From Desulfatiglandales bacterium (lineage in GTDB: Bacteria > Desulfobacterota > DSM-4660 > Desulfatiglandales > Desulfatiglandaceae), in NCBI GenBank assembly GCA_963662465.1, contig OY759599.1, forward strand, positions 2,848,001 to 2,912,000: a stretch of 64,000 bases of DNA, in the 5' to 3' direction. Shown piece by piece: positions 10,580 through 20,021 of this stretch; positions within the stretch are counted from its first letter, which is position 1, and every line of letters begins with the position of its first letter. The notes beneath the pieces were generated by a model. It saw only the letters and a list, made by a program, of their open reading frames with translations, was not told where the DNA came from and searched no databases. Position numbers and translations under genes: made by a program.

Positions 10580-11804
10580 TTCCTCAATAAGCATTGCCCT
10601 TAACCGAAAAATCTAATCCCCTCTTCTCTGCCATCACCATATTGATGGTATCCTCATCACTGATTCTTCAACCAGAACGCTACGTGTCTCACCAGCATTT
10701 TTAAAATACCATCTGATATACTCTTTCATGCAACCTCTAACAAATTTACAAGAAAACCCTTCTAAAAGGAAAAGACCAGTGCGCAATATCTGGTTCCGTT
10801 TGGAGTAGCAAAACTGGTTCCATTTTGGTTAGCGCCCAAGTCTTGGAATCGTCCGTCAGGGCCGATTGCATGTGCCTCATGAACTGCCTTTGAATGTGGC
10901 GCCGTCGATCCAGGTCCAAATTCAGATAGATCGAAGTGGACTGGATGTTGTCATGCCCCAGATGATTCTTGATATCCGTGATGGGGTCACCGTTGTGGAG
11001 CATATCAACTGCTCGCGAGTGCCGGAATGAATGAACGGGATTGATATGTTTCAGACGTTTTGGAGGGAGGGCCTTTTGGAGATATTTCCTGCAAATCCGG
11101 TAGATTCCATGGCGAGTGAATAACTCTCCCTTTTGATTGATAAAGAGCCGGTTTTCAAACATGGGCTTTGGGGATATCCGGTATTGTCGAATGTACAACT
11201 GAAGCAGGTCACAGGTTTTTGACTCAAGCTTTATGAGTCGAAACCGATTGCCCTTTCCCAGAATACTGAGGGTTTTCCGGTTGGGGTTAAAATAGTCGAT
11301 ATTCAACTCTGCAATTTCACTGGCCCTGGCTCCGGAATCGTAGAGCAGATGGAGCACGGTGTAATCCCTGAACCCCTCTTTTCGTTTAAAATCAACCGCC
11401 TGAAACACCCGAAGTATTTCATCCTGGTAAAGAAATCCGATAAGACTCTTCTGCTCCCGTTTCTGGGGAATATTGAGGATAGCGGTTGCGGCATCCTGTT
11501 GATCCGGATGCATAAAGCGAATCATTTTGGCAAAGGATTTGAGTGCCGCAAGACGATGATTCCGGGTTTTGGCCCCATTTTTCCTGTCACTTTGAAGATT
11601 TTCAAGGAACGAGACGAGAAGTTCCGTTTTAATATGTTCCACACGAAGCGATTTGACCTTGATGTTGTAAAACGATGCCGCAAAGGGAAGAAAAATCCTG
11701 AAAGCATCCCGATAGGCCTTTATGGTCTGGTAACTGAGCCCCTGATGGAAGTCAGGTATTGATCAAAGAACTGATGCACCAGGGGTGAAAGTTTCATTTG
11801 TTTA

Positions 11805-13218
11805 GGGAATTCCCAAGAAATAACCTACGCATTATTTCAAACATAATGTTATCCTGAAAAGATAAATGCATCAGAATCTTTATTTGCATTGAAACGCAAT
11901 TTAAAAAAATGAGGGGACAAAAATTGAAGGAGGTGGTATGAGCATAATGTATGAAAGACATGAAATTCATACATTGAAAAAAGTAACGGGTAAAAAGAAT
12001 GAACGGAGAAACAAAAAATCTGATAAAAGATGCATGCAGACGACTGACTGGTTACAAAAGAAGAGCATATCAGGCCGACATTACCAGGAAATATTTCAAC
12101 GGGAGTGCATACAAAGCCGAACGGGAGATGGGATGGGGGAGAGAGTGTGTAACAAAAGGCCTTAAAGAAGCCGAAAGCGGGATCAGATGCATGGATAATT
12201 TTGAGGGACGGGGAAAAAAGAAAACAGAAGACACGATTCCCGGTATTAAAGCAGACATAATATCCCTTGCAGAACCTCAAACTCAGGCGGACCCTGCCAT
12301 GAAAAGCTCTATCACATATACAAGAATTACAGGAAAAGCTCTCAAAAAGGCACTGATTGATGAGAAAGGATACGACGGTGAGGATCTTCCCTCTAACAAC
12401 ACTCTGATCAACATGTTGAACCGCATGGGATACAACCTGAAACGAGTCCTGAAATCCAAACCTGCGAAAAAGATAAAACAGGTCGATGAAATATTTGAAA
12501 ATGTATGGAAGGCAAACCGTGACTCTGATGAGAATCCCAACTCTCATCGGATTTCTATTGATGCCAAGGCAAAAGTGAATATAGGCGAGTTCTCAAGAAA
12601 CGGAAAGTCACGGGATCGGGAAGCGAAGAAAGCTGAAGACCATGATATGAATCCCGAAATGAAATTGGTTCCGTACGGTATTCTTGACGTTTTGAGCGGA
12701 ATGCTTTCTATTTTTTTCGGCACATCTTTTGAAACAAGTGATTTCATCGTTGACTGTTTAGAGATGTGGTGGGAAAAAAACAGAATTACCTATCTTCATA
12801 TAAACGAGTTGGTTATCAATCTTGACAATGGTCCGAATTCAGCAAGCGGTCGGACTCAATTCATTCGCAGAATGACCGAATTCAGTGACAAAACAGGTTT
12901 GCGAATCCGCCTGGTTTATTATCCTCCCTATCATAGTAAGTACAATCCGGTTGAAAGATGTTGGGGAATATTGGAGGGACATTGGAACGGAGAAATATTG
13001 GATTCAATATCAAAAGCAGTCAATTGGGCATCTACGATGACATGGAAAGGGATAAAGCCCATTGTCACGTTGGTGGAAAAGGCATATAAGAAGGGAATCC
13101 GGCTTACAAAAAAAGAAATGAAACCTTACGAAAACAGAATTAAACGTTCCGACACACTGCCCAAATGGGATGTACTTATTGAATCTGGAGTTGGGTAGTT
13201 TATTTCTTGGGAATTCCC
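11805..13218 (+). mobile_element. ISAzo13-family insertion sequence
   Basis: TIR GGGAATTCCCAAGAAATAA at both ends, TTA on both flanks. Confidence 0.88.
11999..13198 (+). CDS. ISAzo13-family transposase
   Basis: ISIDAK, LDNG, YYPPYHSKYNPVERCW motifs. Confidence 0.9.
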   Translation: MNGETKNLIKDACRRLTGYKRRAYQADITRKYFNGSAYKAEREMGWGRECVTKGLKEAESGIRCMDNFEGRGKKKTEDTIPGIKADIISLAEPQTQADPAMKSSITYTRITGKALKKALIDEKGYDGEDLPSNNTLINMLNRMGYNLKRVLKSKPAKKIKQVDEIFENVWKANRDSDENPNSHRISIDAKAKVNIGEFSRNGKSRDREAKKAEDHDMNPEMKLVPYGILDVLSGMLSIFFGTSFETSDFIVDCLEMWWEKNRITYLHINELVINLDNGPNSASGRTQFIRRMTEFSDKTGLRIRLVYYPPYHSKYNPVERCWGILEGHWNGEILDSISKAVNWASTMTWKGIKPIVTLVEKAYKKGIRLTKKEMKPYENRIKRSDTLPKWDVLIESGVG

Positions 13219-13780
13219 TTACGCTGTTGTATTTGTGGGTAAAGGCAAATCGCTCGACCAAATCTTGGTAAATCGCTACGGCATTCCTCCCGAGCTTCAC
13301 CTGCTTTTCAATCCATTCTCGGTGAGGCTCACATGCTGATCTGGCATGGAGTGGAATCGCCCGTTTTTCTCCCTTGAATGTGCTGTTTACCGGTGGCCGG
13401 GGTGGGGGATTTTCACTGATGATGCAATCAGCCCCGGTGGCCAGGGTGGGGGATCTTGAATTTAAGTCGGAATCTTCGGGTAAAAAGCCACTTTCTTTTG
13501 CGTATTTTCGGATCGTTTTCCTGTCAATATTGGTCTTACGATGTACTTCACGCTGACCAACGCCATTTTTAAGTAGGGTAATGATGGTAGATTTCTTGTC
13601 CGGCTTCAAAACGTTCATCCTTTCTTCCTCCCAATTCAATTAAATTGCATTGGGAGATGGTATAACGTCCTGTCACCATTTTGTGAATTGAGCCGAAGAT
13701 CAAAAATCTACATTTTGAACCTCTTTAGGTGGGGGATTTTCAAGTGGCCACAGGTGGGGGATTTTGGGTGGCCGCCCGGG
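13219..13780 (-). mobile_element. Truncated second IS21-family element (left end plus 5' of istA, ATG ~13618)
   Basis: End repeats GGCCAC..AAAATCCCCCACC twice. MNVLKPDKK...DRKTIRKY...NAVAIYQDLVE...YNSV is cut by the ISAzo13. Confidence 0.75.
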
Positions 13781-14122
13781 ATCGGAGGCGAAACGGTTGG
13801 AATCTCAAAAATAAGATGGAATGAAAGGAATTAAATGGATTCCTTATAAAAGGAATCTGGGAATCAAAAGGAAGGAATCAAATCTCGCAACATAACGGAC
13901 CCCGCAACATAAATTGAGAGTATCCCCAAAAAAACAGTGTCTCTGAAGTGTTGATATTCCCTTACATATCTGGAATTGCCTTCACGTTCCTGGACCTAAA
14001 CCGTAAGATCCTACCACCACAACATATTGTGGTCAATCTGGTTTCCGATTATCCGGTCACAGAAAAAGAGTACGTGCATTGAGCCAGTATCCCACATCCG
14101 TCAAAACCGTGCAAGGGTGACC

Positions 14123-14226
14123 CACGGTGAATTTGTTCTAACGCTAATCCATTGATTTGTTTGAATTGATGTGTCCTTCATAAGGTTTTGATATCAAAGG
14201 TTTACAAATAGAACAAATTTGCCCTG
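14123..14226. mobile_element. MITE with ISAs1-like ends
   Basis: 18-bp TIR CACGGTGAATTTGTTCTA / TAGAACAAATTTGCCCTG (15/18), flanked by AAGGGTGAC at 14113 and 14227. Confidence 0.65.
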
Positions 14227-14235
14227 AAGGGTGAC

Positions 14236-16121
14236 CAGCGCTGAAGCATGAATAGCTCTAAATTTGTTCTGCAGCCTGTAGCAGGCAACTTTTCCATCCT
14301 GATAGCTGAATCCGGCACATGACTATTTTGATAATAGCATGATATTGGTTGTTTTTGGAAAAGGAATTAAAATTGGGCACACTACCTCCGTCCCATCAAA
14401 TATGAGGTTTTTTTCAGGATAAAAATTTCGAGTCTAGATCAGCCGAAGCTGAAAGTTGGCTTCAAGACGTTGGCGTGTACTCACAGGGTCTAGCCATCGA
14501 CCGCTAAGTGTACTACGAATGAATTTTATAAACCCGCGTATGCTGTACTCTCGTACTATTTCTACAAGACATTCAGAGTAAACAGCTAAAACATTGAGAA
14601 AGTGCCCCAATCGCATCAAGTAGTGGTATCCTCTCATGGCATTCCAATCGTACGAGAAAACGTGTTCATATTGGTATCCATGGTGCTTTTCAACTAGGAA
14701 ACTCGCTTCAATTCCCCAGCGGTGCCGAGCCCCTAAATTACATCTTTCGTGCAAATTTGATCTGGTAAAAGGTTTATCGGAAATCCAAGCATGACGCGAT
14801 TTCTTGGTCACAACAGCAGTAGAATCCTTGGCGATCTCCTCCCAAGTTTCGTTGCATGTCACCATATGGAGGATTTGCCTTTTTTTGCCGTTTGGCCCAT
14901 AGCAATATTCAATATTGTTTACCCACTCAAAGCGCTGCTTTCTGTCGCCCCAGGTCATATTAAAAAGGTTGTTGGTTTCAATTTTTCTGAGGCCTTCAAA
15001 TTCTTCCCACATACTTGGAAGACTCTTGCTTTGCAATACAATCATGAAGTCCCAACGGTTTTTTCGGCATAGCTCTATCATAGGACCATTGGGATACAAG
15101 CCATCTAAGAACAATATTATCGCAAGGCGAGAAAACGCTTTCTTCAATCTTCCGGCTAACCTCTTAAACGCTTTTTGTTCACAGTCCTGTTTTGCTGTTT
15201 CCGTATCACCTTCTTCATAGTTCGAGAACTCACTCATTAAGGGAATTGTCATCCCGTTGTGAAAAACCAAATTTGCTTCCAACACGCCTACATGATACTG
15301 CATTTTGGTGCCATCACCATCTTTCACCTCACGTTCGGAACACTCTGCACTCCAAAGTGTATCCCGACAGAACTTTTGGCTACCATCAATACCGATAGGG
15401 TAAGCATTTTGGTTCAGATACCTGGAAAATTTCTTCTTCTTTATTAACCTCTTAACCGCTTCAATAAGCGCTTCTTCTATTAAACCCACCTCAATTACAG
15501 CCAGCACCCGCTTGAGAGTATCGTTGTGAGGGATATCTTTCAAATCTGGGAATAGCAATTTAAGGCTTTCCATAAATTGAGGCAGGGTTATTTCTCTGTT
15601 CGCTTCGCGCCTGGAAGCCATTTGAAAAACAAACGTGAGTATCCCATACATTATGAGCAAATCAAGCTTGTGCTTGATTTTTTTGGGGCTTCTCAAGTCT
15701 TTTATCTTTGAAATCGTTTTCAAAAGACCCGGTAACTGGGAGTGAAAAATCCGCGATTGTTCTGTTGCAACAACCTGACGTGCTGCTTGTTCCTCTTCCA
15801 CATTATTATATTGGCTCTTCCGATTAGGGATTGAGGGCTTCTGTGGAATGGTCATCCCTTCGGCTATTTGTTTTGCGCGTAAGGCCTTATGGGCAGCATT
15901 TCTCTCTTTATTCAGCGTTTTTATCTCCTGCCGATTTGGACGTTGGCTCGGCTTGTTCATGATCCCCTCCGATTTTTAACATAATGGATTTTTAACGAAT
16001 ATCGCTCCATTAAGCTAATATTATGAGGCTTTTAGGAAGTTCAGCTTATTCTACAAAATAATTTTAAAAGATTTGTAACATACTATGATTTAAGATAATT
16101 TGCATACGTGCTTCAGGGCTG
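14236..16121 (-). mobile_element. ISAs1-like insertion sequence
   Basis: TIR CAGCGCTGAAGCA / TGCTTCAGGGCTG. 9-bp direct repeat AAGGGTGAC (14227-14235, 16122-16130). Confidence 0.8.
14434..15960 (-). CDS. DDE transposase (ISAs1/H-repeat-like)
   Basis: PHNDTLKRV, GIDG, LDGLY, ARHRWGIE motifs. Confidence 0.85.
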   Translation of the reverse strand: MNKPSQRPNRQEIKTLNKERNAAHKALRAKQIAEGMTIPQKPSIPNRKSQYNNVEEEQAARQVVATEQSRIFHSQLPGLLKTISKIKDLRSPKKIKHKLDLLIMYGILTFVFQMASRREANREITLPQFMESLKLLFPDLKDIPHNDTLKRVLAVIEVGLIEEALIEAVKRLIKKKKFSRYLNQNAYPIGIDGSQKFCRDTLWSAECSEREVKDGDGTKMQYHVGVLEANLVFHNGMTIPLMSEFSNYEEGDTETAKQDCEQKAFKRLAGRLKKAFSRLAIILFLDGLYPNGPMIELCRKNRWDFMIVLQSKSLPSMWEEFEGLRKIETNNLFNMTWGDRKQRFEWVNNIEYCYGPNGKKRQILHMVTCNETWEEIAKDSTAVVTKKSRHAWISDKPFTRSNLHERCNLGARHRWGIEASFLVEKHHGYQYEHVFSYDWNAMRGYHYLMRLGHFLNVLAVYSECLVEIVREYSIRGFIKFIRSTLSGRWLDPVSTRQRLEANFQLRLI

Positions 16122-16568
16122 AAGGGTGACAGATCAATTGTTGAAGTCGAGTCTGAGATATGTTGGAGATATACCAGTCTGATGTCAACCAAAAAACGGC
16201 CAGTTCCATGCGTCTCTCAACCCTCAGTCCGCCCCCCTCTCAATGATGATATCACATTATTTGCTACAGTTGAATTTAATGGACGCATCCGCTATTTCTG
16301 ACGGATATAGCAAGACATGGCATATGATCTTTATGATTGCAGGGAACGGCCATTTTTCAGAAGCAAAATCAGCGAATATTCAGTCATAAGTTGTATTTTC
16401 CCTTTGAGAAATGACTTTGTCAGAAACTCTGGATGCTGTCCAATTTAATAGCATCACAACCACCAATAACCTGCGATACAATATGCTGTAGCCTGTGCAG
16501 AAGTAAGAGCTGAAAACCGGACCAGCCTCAAATTTACCATCTCCAGTCCCGGACTAATTTCTTTAATT

Positions 16569-19466
16569 CTAAAACCCGTAGCGCGTTGAATGCCCTTTGG
16601 GTATGCTTCGTTCCCCTCCTGAATTTCCACTTTTATCCTGCATAGAGGAGCCTGATCCACCGATGGGCGCCCAGCCATCGTCAGAAGAAGGTCTTTGAGG
16701 GGCGGGTTGTGGATTTTTGGTTATGGGCGGAGGGCTGGTTTTTGGCCTGAGGCTCTGCCATTCATCTTTCTGGCGCCCCATGCTTTCGAGCGTTTTGACG
16801 ATCTCCTTGTTATCCGGATCAAGTTTTTCCGCTTCCTCCTTCTCCTTTCCGGCGATCACCCCCTGCTTTACGGCGTTGGAGAGCTTGCTCGCGTCGCCGC
16901 CTGCGTCCATCCCACCGGTACTGGTCGTAGTTAGATTGCCTCCTGTATCAGTGGGCTTAAGTGGTAGTTTTATGATCGTGGGCATTACTTCTTTTCCATT
17001 CGCGAGGGTGAGTTCATCTCCTTCTGGGTTCATAGTTAAGGTAGCCTGCTCACCAGCAGCTATGGGGTTGTCTCCATAGTCGTGTATTTCCTCGCCTGAT
17101 GGATAAGTGAGTAGATGGAAGTTTCCTGATCCCGTACCAAGGAGCTCAATCTCATAGGTATCTTGAGGCAGGACAAAGAACCACTGCTTATCACCCTTTT
17201 CATCTTTCCAGAAGTAGAAATCTATAGGTTCAAATTCTGCAACCTTATCACCATTTGGAAATACCCCTAAACGATGTCCCTGCGAGTTGACAATAAGCAC
17301 ATCCACCGGGCATTTAACTTTTGCCGCTACGGTTTTGGGCGGCTTGACCTTGGGCTTAGGCCATTGTGGTTTCCACCCACTGCCCTCATGCAACTTCTCC
17401 ACACTCCTCTCAATCGTCCAAGGAAAAAAATTAGTATCGGCACTATACCAATGCGCTTCTTGTCTTCCATGAGGGTCCAGAATAATCACTCCAGATCCAG
17501 TAGGAGGAATAGTCCAAGATCCATGATCATTCCACTTCCCCCTGTCCCACAAAGCAACTGCATTGTGTTCTGTGGTTCTTTCGTCATTCCAAGGCTTTTT
17601 ACCGGGTGTAAACCAATTTCCATCGACTGCTGAATAGTCCCATCCCTTTAACTTAGACAGAAATTTAGCATTTTCATCATCTGCCTTTTTGTTCTTAAGA
17701 TTGTTCAAAAACCACAAGGTCTTGTACTGCATGGCTACGCAGCTGAATCGGCAGCATTCATCACAGTGCAGCATTTCACACGCAAAATTGTAATCTACAC
17801 CATCCATCTGCGGATGTATCGGTCCACTCAATGCTTTTTCGTCTGTTGTTCCGTCCGGCCATGTGTGTGAGGTTGTGCCAAATTTTTTGTACCATTCCTT
17901 TATTTTCTCCAAAGGTGTCTTCCCGACTTTACCTAATTCCAACACTTCACCTGGCTTGGGGGCATCCTCAATTGAATATACTAATGGAATTTTATCAGAA
18001 GCCCTTAACTTTAAAGCGAAATCATTCCCGAGATTCATAAAATCCTGGATTGACCTCTTGTTTTGAGGGTGATTTGGTTTTACCATCACCCAAAAATCTC
18101 CATTTACCTGTGGGATACTCAATGTATTAAGCACCATTATATCTTGAATGCCCAACACATCTGAAACATGGCATTGGACAGGATTCAAGTCCTTATCTAC
18201 CATCACACCATGAATAATGGCTAAGTTAAAGGGAACCGTTTTTTCTGCTTTTCCTATGATATTAAGCTCTTTATACAAAACCCCTACTCTTATTGTGGCA
18301 GTTAGGATATCTCTTAAGGTTTTATAATACGCACTCCACATTATCACATTTTCTCTGGGATCCCGTATCTTCAATTTGGTGGAATACTTTCCGTTATCAT
18401 CCAACATAAATCCTGTTGCTTTTTCCAGTTCCGTGAAGTAAATTTGTTTGTTGTTCTTATCCACTACGGTAATATCAACAATGCCTTTAAAGGGTTTGCC
18501 GTCTTGGTCTAATGCGGTAATAGTGATAGTAACTTCGCCAGGGACTGGAAGTATTTTTTCTGTCTCAATTTTAATATTTGTTCCGGTTACTTTTTTCTGC
18601 AGTATAATGTTACGTGCCTTTGAAAATTGCTTGGTTCCCTCGGTTGGCACATAAAGTTTGTAATTTCCTTCAACACCAGAGGTCACGCTTTTGCCTAGAT
18701 CCGGGATGCTAATAGTAGCCCCGCTTACAGGATTCCCATCTTCATCCTTTACGACACCTTTCAGGGTAATACTTGAGGGCTTATAGTCCTTGGTGGCTAA
18801 TGTATCAGACCATGGTAGATAACCGGGAGCTTGGACCTTTATGCTGAATGCAACACCTTCAACGACTTCTCCACCTATAAGACGGTGCTTCACCGCATTG
18901 GCATATAAAGCCTCGGCGATCGTCATAGCATTCCTTTTGGCATTTCCAAGCATCGAAAAGTAGAAACGACCACTTTGCCATTCCACAATGCCACGACCCG
19001 AAGTAGCGGTGTCAATAATAGCGGATCTGTTATGAAATTTTGTTGCCTTAACAAAGCTGGTACCACTGAACGAGAAGCCTTCGGCTATCACAGCCTCTGC
19101 CGCTGTTTCTGTGGGGTGTGCTACGATTTTTATCACCAGCCCCGCCTCCACCCAGTCGCCTTTACGAAATGGAACAAGGAGGAAGTAGCCGACACACGCA
19201 CCTTTTACTAATTCACCTCCTTCATAGTTGTACAGTCTTTTCGGGCCCTGTATCTCCGGACAATGGCGATGAGGCTCACCATTAACGTCCTCAATGTCAA
19301 AGCAAGCTCTCTGGTCCCAGCCGAACACAGCGCCGGTCTCCCTCAGAACCCGCTTGATGATTGCCTCCTGTGGGTCGCTAACCTGGGCGGCAACCGAGGG
19401 AGATAATATCAGAACACATATGAGAAACATAAGCAGAACTAAAGAAATAATTTTGCCCTTTTTCAT
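16569..19466 (-). CDS. Large secreted protein with a carboxypeptidase-regulatory-like beta-sandwich and a putative Cys-His-Asp catalytic domain
   Basis: Signal peptide, GVVKDEDGNPVSGATI, SCVAMQ...EHNAV...ILDPH, CPVDVLIVNSQG module. Confidence 0.7.
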   Translation of the reverse strand: MKKGKIISLVLLMFLICVLILSPSVAAQVSDPQEAIIKRVLRETGAVFGWDQRACFDIEDVNGEPHRHCPEIQGPKRLYNYEGGELVKGACVGYFLLVPFRKGDWVEAGLVIKIVAHPTETAAEAVIAEGFSFSGTSFVKATKFHNRSAIIDTATSGRGIVEWQSGRFYFSMLGNAKRNAMTIAEALYANAVKHRLIGGEVVEGVAFSIKVQAPGYLPWSDTLATKDYKPSSITLKGVVKDEDGNPVSGATISIPDLGKSVTSGVEGNYKLYVPTEGTKQFSKARNIILQKKVTGTNIKIETEKILPVPGEVTITITALDQDGKPFKGIVDITVVDKNNKQIYFTELEKATGFMLDDNGKYSTKLKIRDPRENVIMWSAYYKTLRDILTATIRVGVLYKELNIIGKAEKTVPFNLAIIHGVMVDKDLNPVQCHVSDVLGIQDIMVLNTLSIPQVNGDFWVMVKPNHPQNKRSIQDFMNLGNDFALKLRASDKIPLVYSIEDAPKPGEVLELGKVGKTPLEKIKEWYKKFGTTSHTWPDGTTDEKALSGPIHPQMDGVDYNFACEMLHCDECCRFSCVAMQYKTLWFLNNLKNKKADDENAKFLSKLKGWDYSAVDGNWFTPGKKPWNDERTTEHNAVALWDRGKWNDHGSWTIPPTGSGVIILDPHGRQEAHWYSADTNFFPWTIERSVEKLHEGSGWKPQWPKPKVKPPKTVAAKVKCPVDVLIVNSQGHRLGVFPNGDKVAEFEPIDFYFWKDEKGDKQWFFVLPQDTYEIELLGTGSGNFHLLTYPSGEEIHDYGDNPIAAGEQATLTMNPEGDELTLANGKEVMPTIIKLPLKPTDTGGNLTTTSTGGMDAGGDASKLSNAVKQGVIAGKEKEEAEKLDPDNKEIVKTLESMGRQKDEWQSLRPKTSPPPITKNPQPAPQRPSSDDGWAPIGGSGSSMQDKSGNSGGERSIPKGHSTRYGF

Positions 19467-20021
19467 TCTAGACTCCCTGGTTTTTTTTGAGTCCGGGGTC
19501 GCCCATTAAAGATACCTTGTTGTTCAACATGCGCATGATCACTCCTTTGATAATATTGGTGGGTTAAAATCCATGTGATATTTCTGGATCGAGGAGATTA
19601 GCTGGTCGTGAATTGACTGTCCGAAAGTGATCTGCAAATGTGTTGCGTTTCCAATAAAAAACCCAAAGGATTGGACCATCAAAAACCTGAAATATGCCTT
19701 ACATTCTTTGATGAGAATATTGCCTCGAATTTTGGAAGATTCTAGCTTCTCCCTGACTCATTTTTTATGCCAAAACACAAAATATTGTCAACGTCAAAAA
19801 AGTTGTGATATCATAAAATCAGGTGGCTTGAACGAACGTTGTTATCATGCCATCTCTCAGGGCCGGTCGCAACATAAATAGCATGACCATTCCTCTGAAT
19901 CCTCAGACGCCAGAATTTTTTTAATCTCCCTTTTAAAACTGTCAACGTAAGTTTTTGAATAACCGTTGGTTTCCATGTGGGAAATGAGTTTGAGATAATT
20001 ATCCCGCAGATTTTGTACATT

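Larger units (their letters stand above)
6116..10840 (+). mobile_element. IS21-family-like transposon with accessory genes (4725 bp)
   Basis: 8-bp target duplication TCTTGGAA (6108-6115, 10841-10848). Imperfect ~50-bp TIRs CTTCAACGCTAATCAAAACTGAACCA / CTTGGGCGCTAACCAAAATGGAACCA with internal tandem repeats. istA-istB present. Confidence 0.9.
6046..11797 (-). pseudogene. RitC-like tyrosine recombinase, split by an IS21-like insertion and carrying a 1-bp deletion
   Basis: 10841-11797 plus 6046-6115 are the reverse complement of 22290-23309. A G5 run is G4 near 11740. 8-bp duplication TCTTGGAA at the insertion. Confidence 0.9.
5858..13912 (-). mobile_element. RIT-type (recombinase-in-trio) element, copy A, disrupted by nested ISs
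   Basis: Inverted ends TTATGTTGCGG (5858) and CCGCAACATAA (13912), each abutting the same 6-bp core ATTGAG (5852-5857, 13913-13918). Contains a ritC-like gene nearly identical to 22290-23309. Confidence 0.75.

Noticed and set aside
14113..16130. CRISPR-like array from AAGGGTGAC repeats
   Set aside because: These are 9-bp target duplications. No CRISPR repeats or cas operon are in the window, and the Cas4-like nuclease is a phage-type remnant.
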